This document shows positions 62,705 through 64,000 of a stretch of DNA of 64,000 nt, piece after piece. The stretch spans positions 104,904,001-104,968,000 of the forward strand of contig OZ296648.1 in the NCBI GenBank assembly GCA_965655095.1. The letters are read 5' to 3'. The notes below the pieces were generated by a model. The model searched no databases and was not told the origin of the DNA. It saw only the letters and a program-made list of their open reading frames with translations. The DNA is from Haplodiscus bocki. Lineage: Eukaryota. The position numbers and the translations under genes were made by a program. Numbering within the stretch: the first letter of the stretch is position 1; the number at the start of each line of letters is the position of its first letter.

Positions 62705-63967
62705 TGGGAATATCTTAAAGGAACGGCAATAAGACCTGACTGGATAAAATCTGAAAGAAAGTATAGGCAACTGTTTGTTTTCCGGGGTGGAGTCTCATCA
62801 TTCTGAATCAATGCGTAAAGCGTCCATTTTACTTTGATATCGACAATGCCGGAAAATAAACATGGCAGGATATTGAAATAATTTTTCGAACAAAATTGAC
62901 TGAGCCTTTACGTTTGCCCAAGTTTAGTGCTAATATCTGAATCTAAAACGAGAACTACAGCTTACTCATCAGGTGTTTGACCGTTTCCTTATTCCTTCGA
63001 TGTTATTCCAATTTCAAATTCTTTCTGTTATTTCGACATGCTCAATTAAAGCATGACATTGAGCCATTTTCTGCTAGAGGGCGACTAAAATAGTTTAGAT
63101 GAGTAATTTAATAGCTAGAAATTTTGAAACGAAAATTGAATTGAATTTAGAGCAGTCCTTAGAGAGCTGTGAATGGAAAGAATTGAACAGTTTCAAAATA
63201 ACCAATTGCTTTAAAATGTTAAGGCAATGCCTAGAAGTCATGGTCGAAGTGCATGTAACGAGGGTTGATTATAAACAAAAAGCTGACGAGCATATGTATT
63301 TAATATATTTATCTTAATATTCTTATAATTAGTGTGTATACATGGTTGTAGGTCGCGAACTGCATCAACAACGTTAACAAACAAAAATTATTTATATATT
63401 GGCGTTCGGCTAATTATTTTCACACCAGATGGTAACAGATGGTAACTTCCGGAGATGACCAAACTTATTATAATGCTTTTCAATAACCTTGGCTATTTTT
63501 CATTTGTCTAAAAAATGAACACACATCTCTCATTACATTTTCTCCCGTTAAACTGAAATCGACGGAAAACCGAAACAGATTCTCAGAACGTTTTCAATAC
63601 AAGAGGTAATATTAGTTGCCTGATAGTTGCTAAGAGTCGAAAAACCTTCGGAAATTTTTGCGAGTCATTTGAGTTTCAAATTGAATTGAATATTTGCAAA
63701 GCCTGTGTTTTTATTTTCACTTTGGATAGCAAATTCAAAAACAATGCAAAAATTTATCCCGGACCCAATTGCTTAATTTAAGCATGACATTCATCATTAA
63801 TCTAGTAGAGGGCGACTAGCAGAAATCATATTGACCAATTCACCAACTAGAAAATTTAGATCGAAAATTGAAGGAAATTGTGAAATCGTCCAAAGCTGTG
63901 TATAAAGCAGATCAACCAAGAAGTGGCAATGCATGCTTGAACTTGATAATTCATGGATCTTTCCTAT

Positions 63968-64000
63968 CACCCCCCCCCCCCGCACTGATTAAACCCCCCC
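63968..64000 (+). repeat. Poly-C tracts
   Basis: A C12 run and a second C run reaching the window end. Confidence 0.8.

Overview
This is AT-rich eukaryotic, heterochromatin-like DNA made almost entirely of decayed mobile elements. I found no intact gene, rRNA, tRNA or CRISPR array. From left to right: (1) Two CR1/L2-group LINEs on the + strand (about 645-4441 and 4442-7412) sit head-to-tail and appear to interrupt a decayed minus-strand ORF. (2) A dead Ty3/Gypsy LTR-retrotransposon lies on the minus strand. It has RNase H at about 37.9-38.3 kb and integrase, followed by several kb of unrecognised decayed ORFs running to the window start. (3) Inside that element, a ~1.4-kb segment has been amplified in place into an 18-unit, ~23.8-kb tandem macrosatellite (13923-37742). 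The segment is mostly integrase coding sequence plus ~440 bp that reads better on the opposite strand. The array shows shared deletions, a near-exact 2258-bp higher-order duplication and mosaic units. (4) A 618-bp N gap is followed by a third, heavily decayed LINE on the minus strand. (5) A decayed Polinton/Maverick (adintovirus-like) element at about 44.5-58.1 kb still shows pPolB, protease, major and minor capsid, integrase and packaging ATPase. (6) The window ends in AT-rich sequence with a (TAG)n tract plus motif cluster and a 23-bp minisatellite. All calls come from manual translation and motif recognition. No searches were run, and the boundaries of decayed features are approximate.
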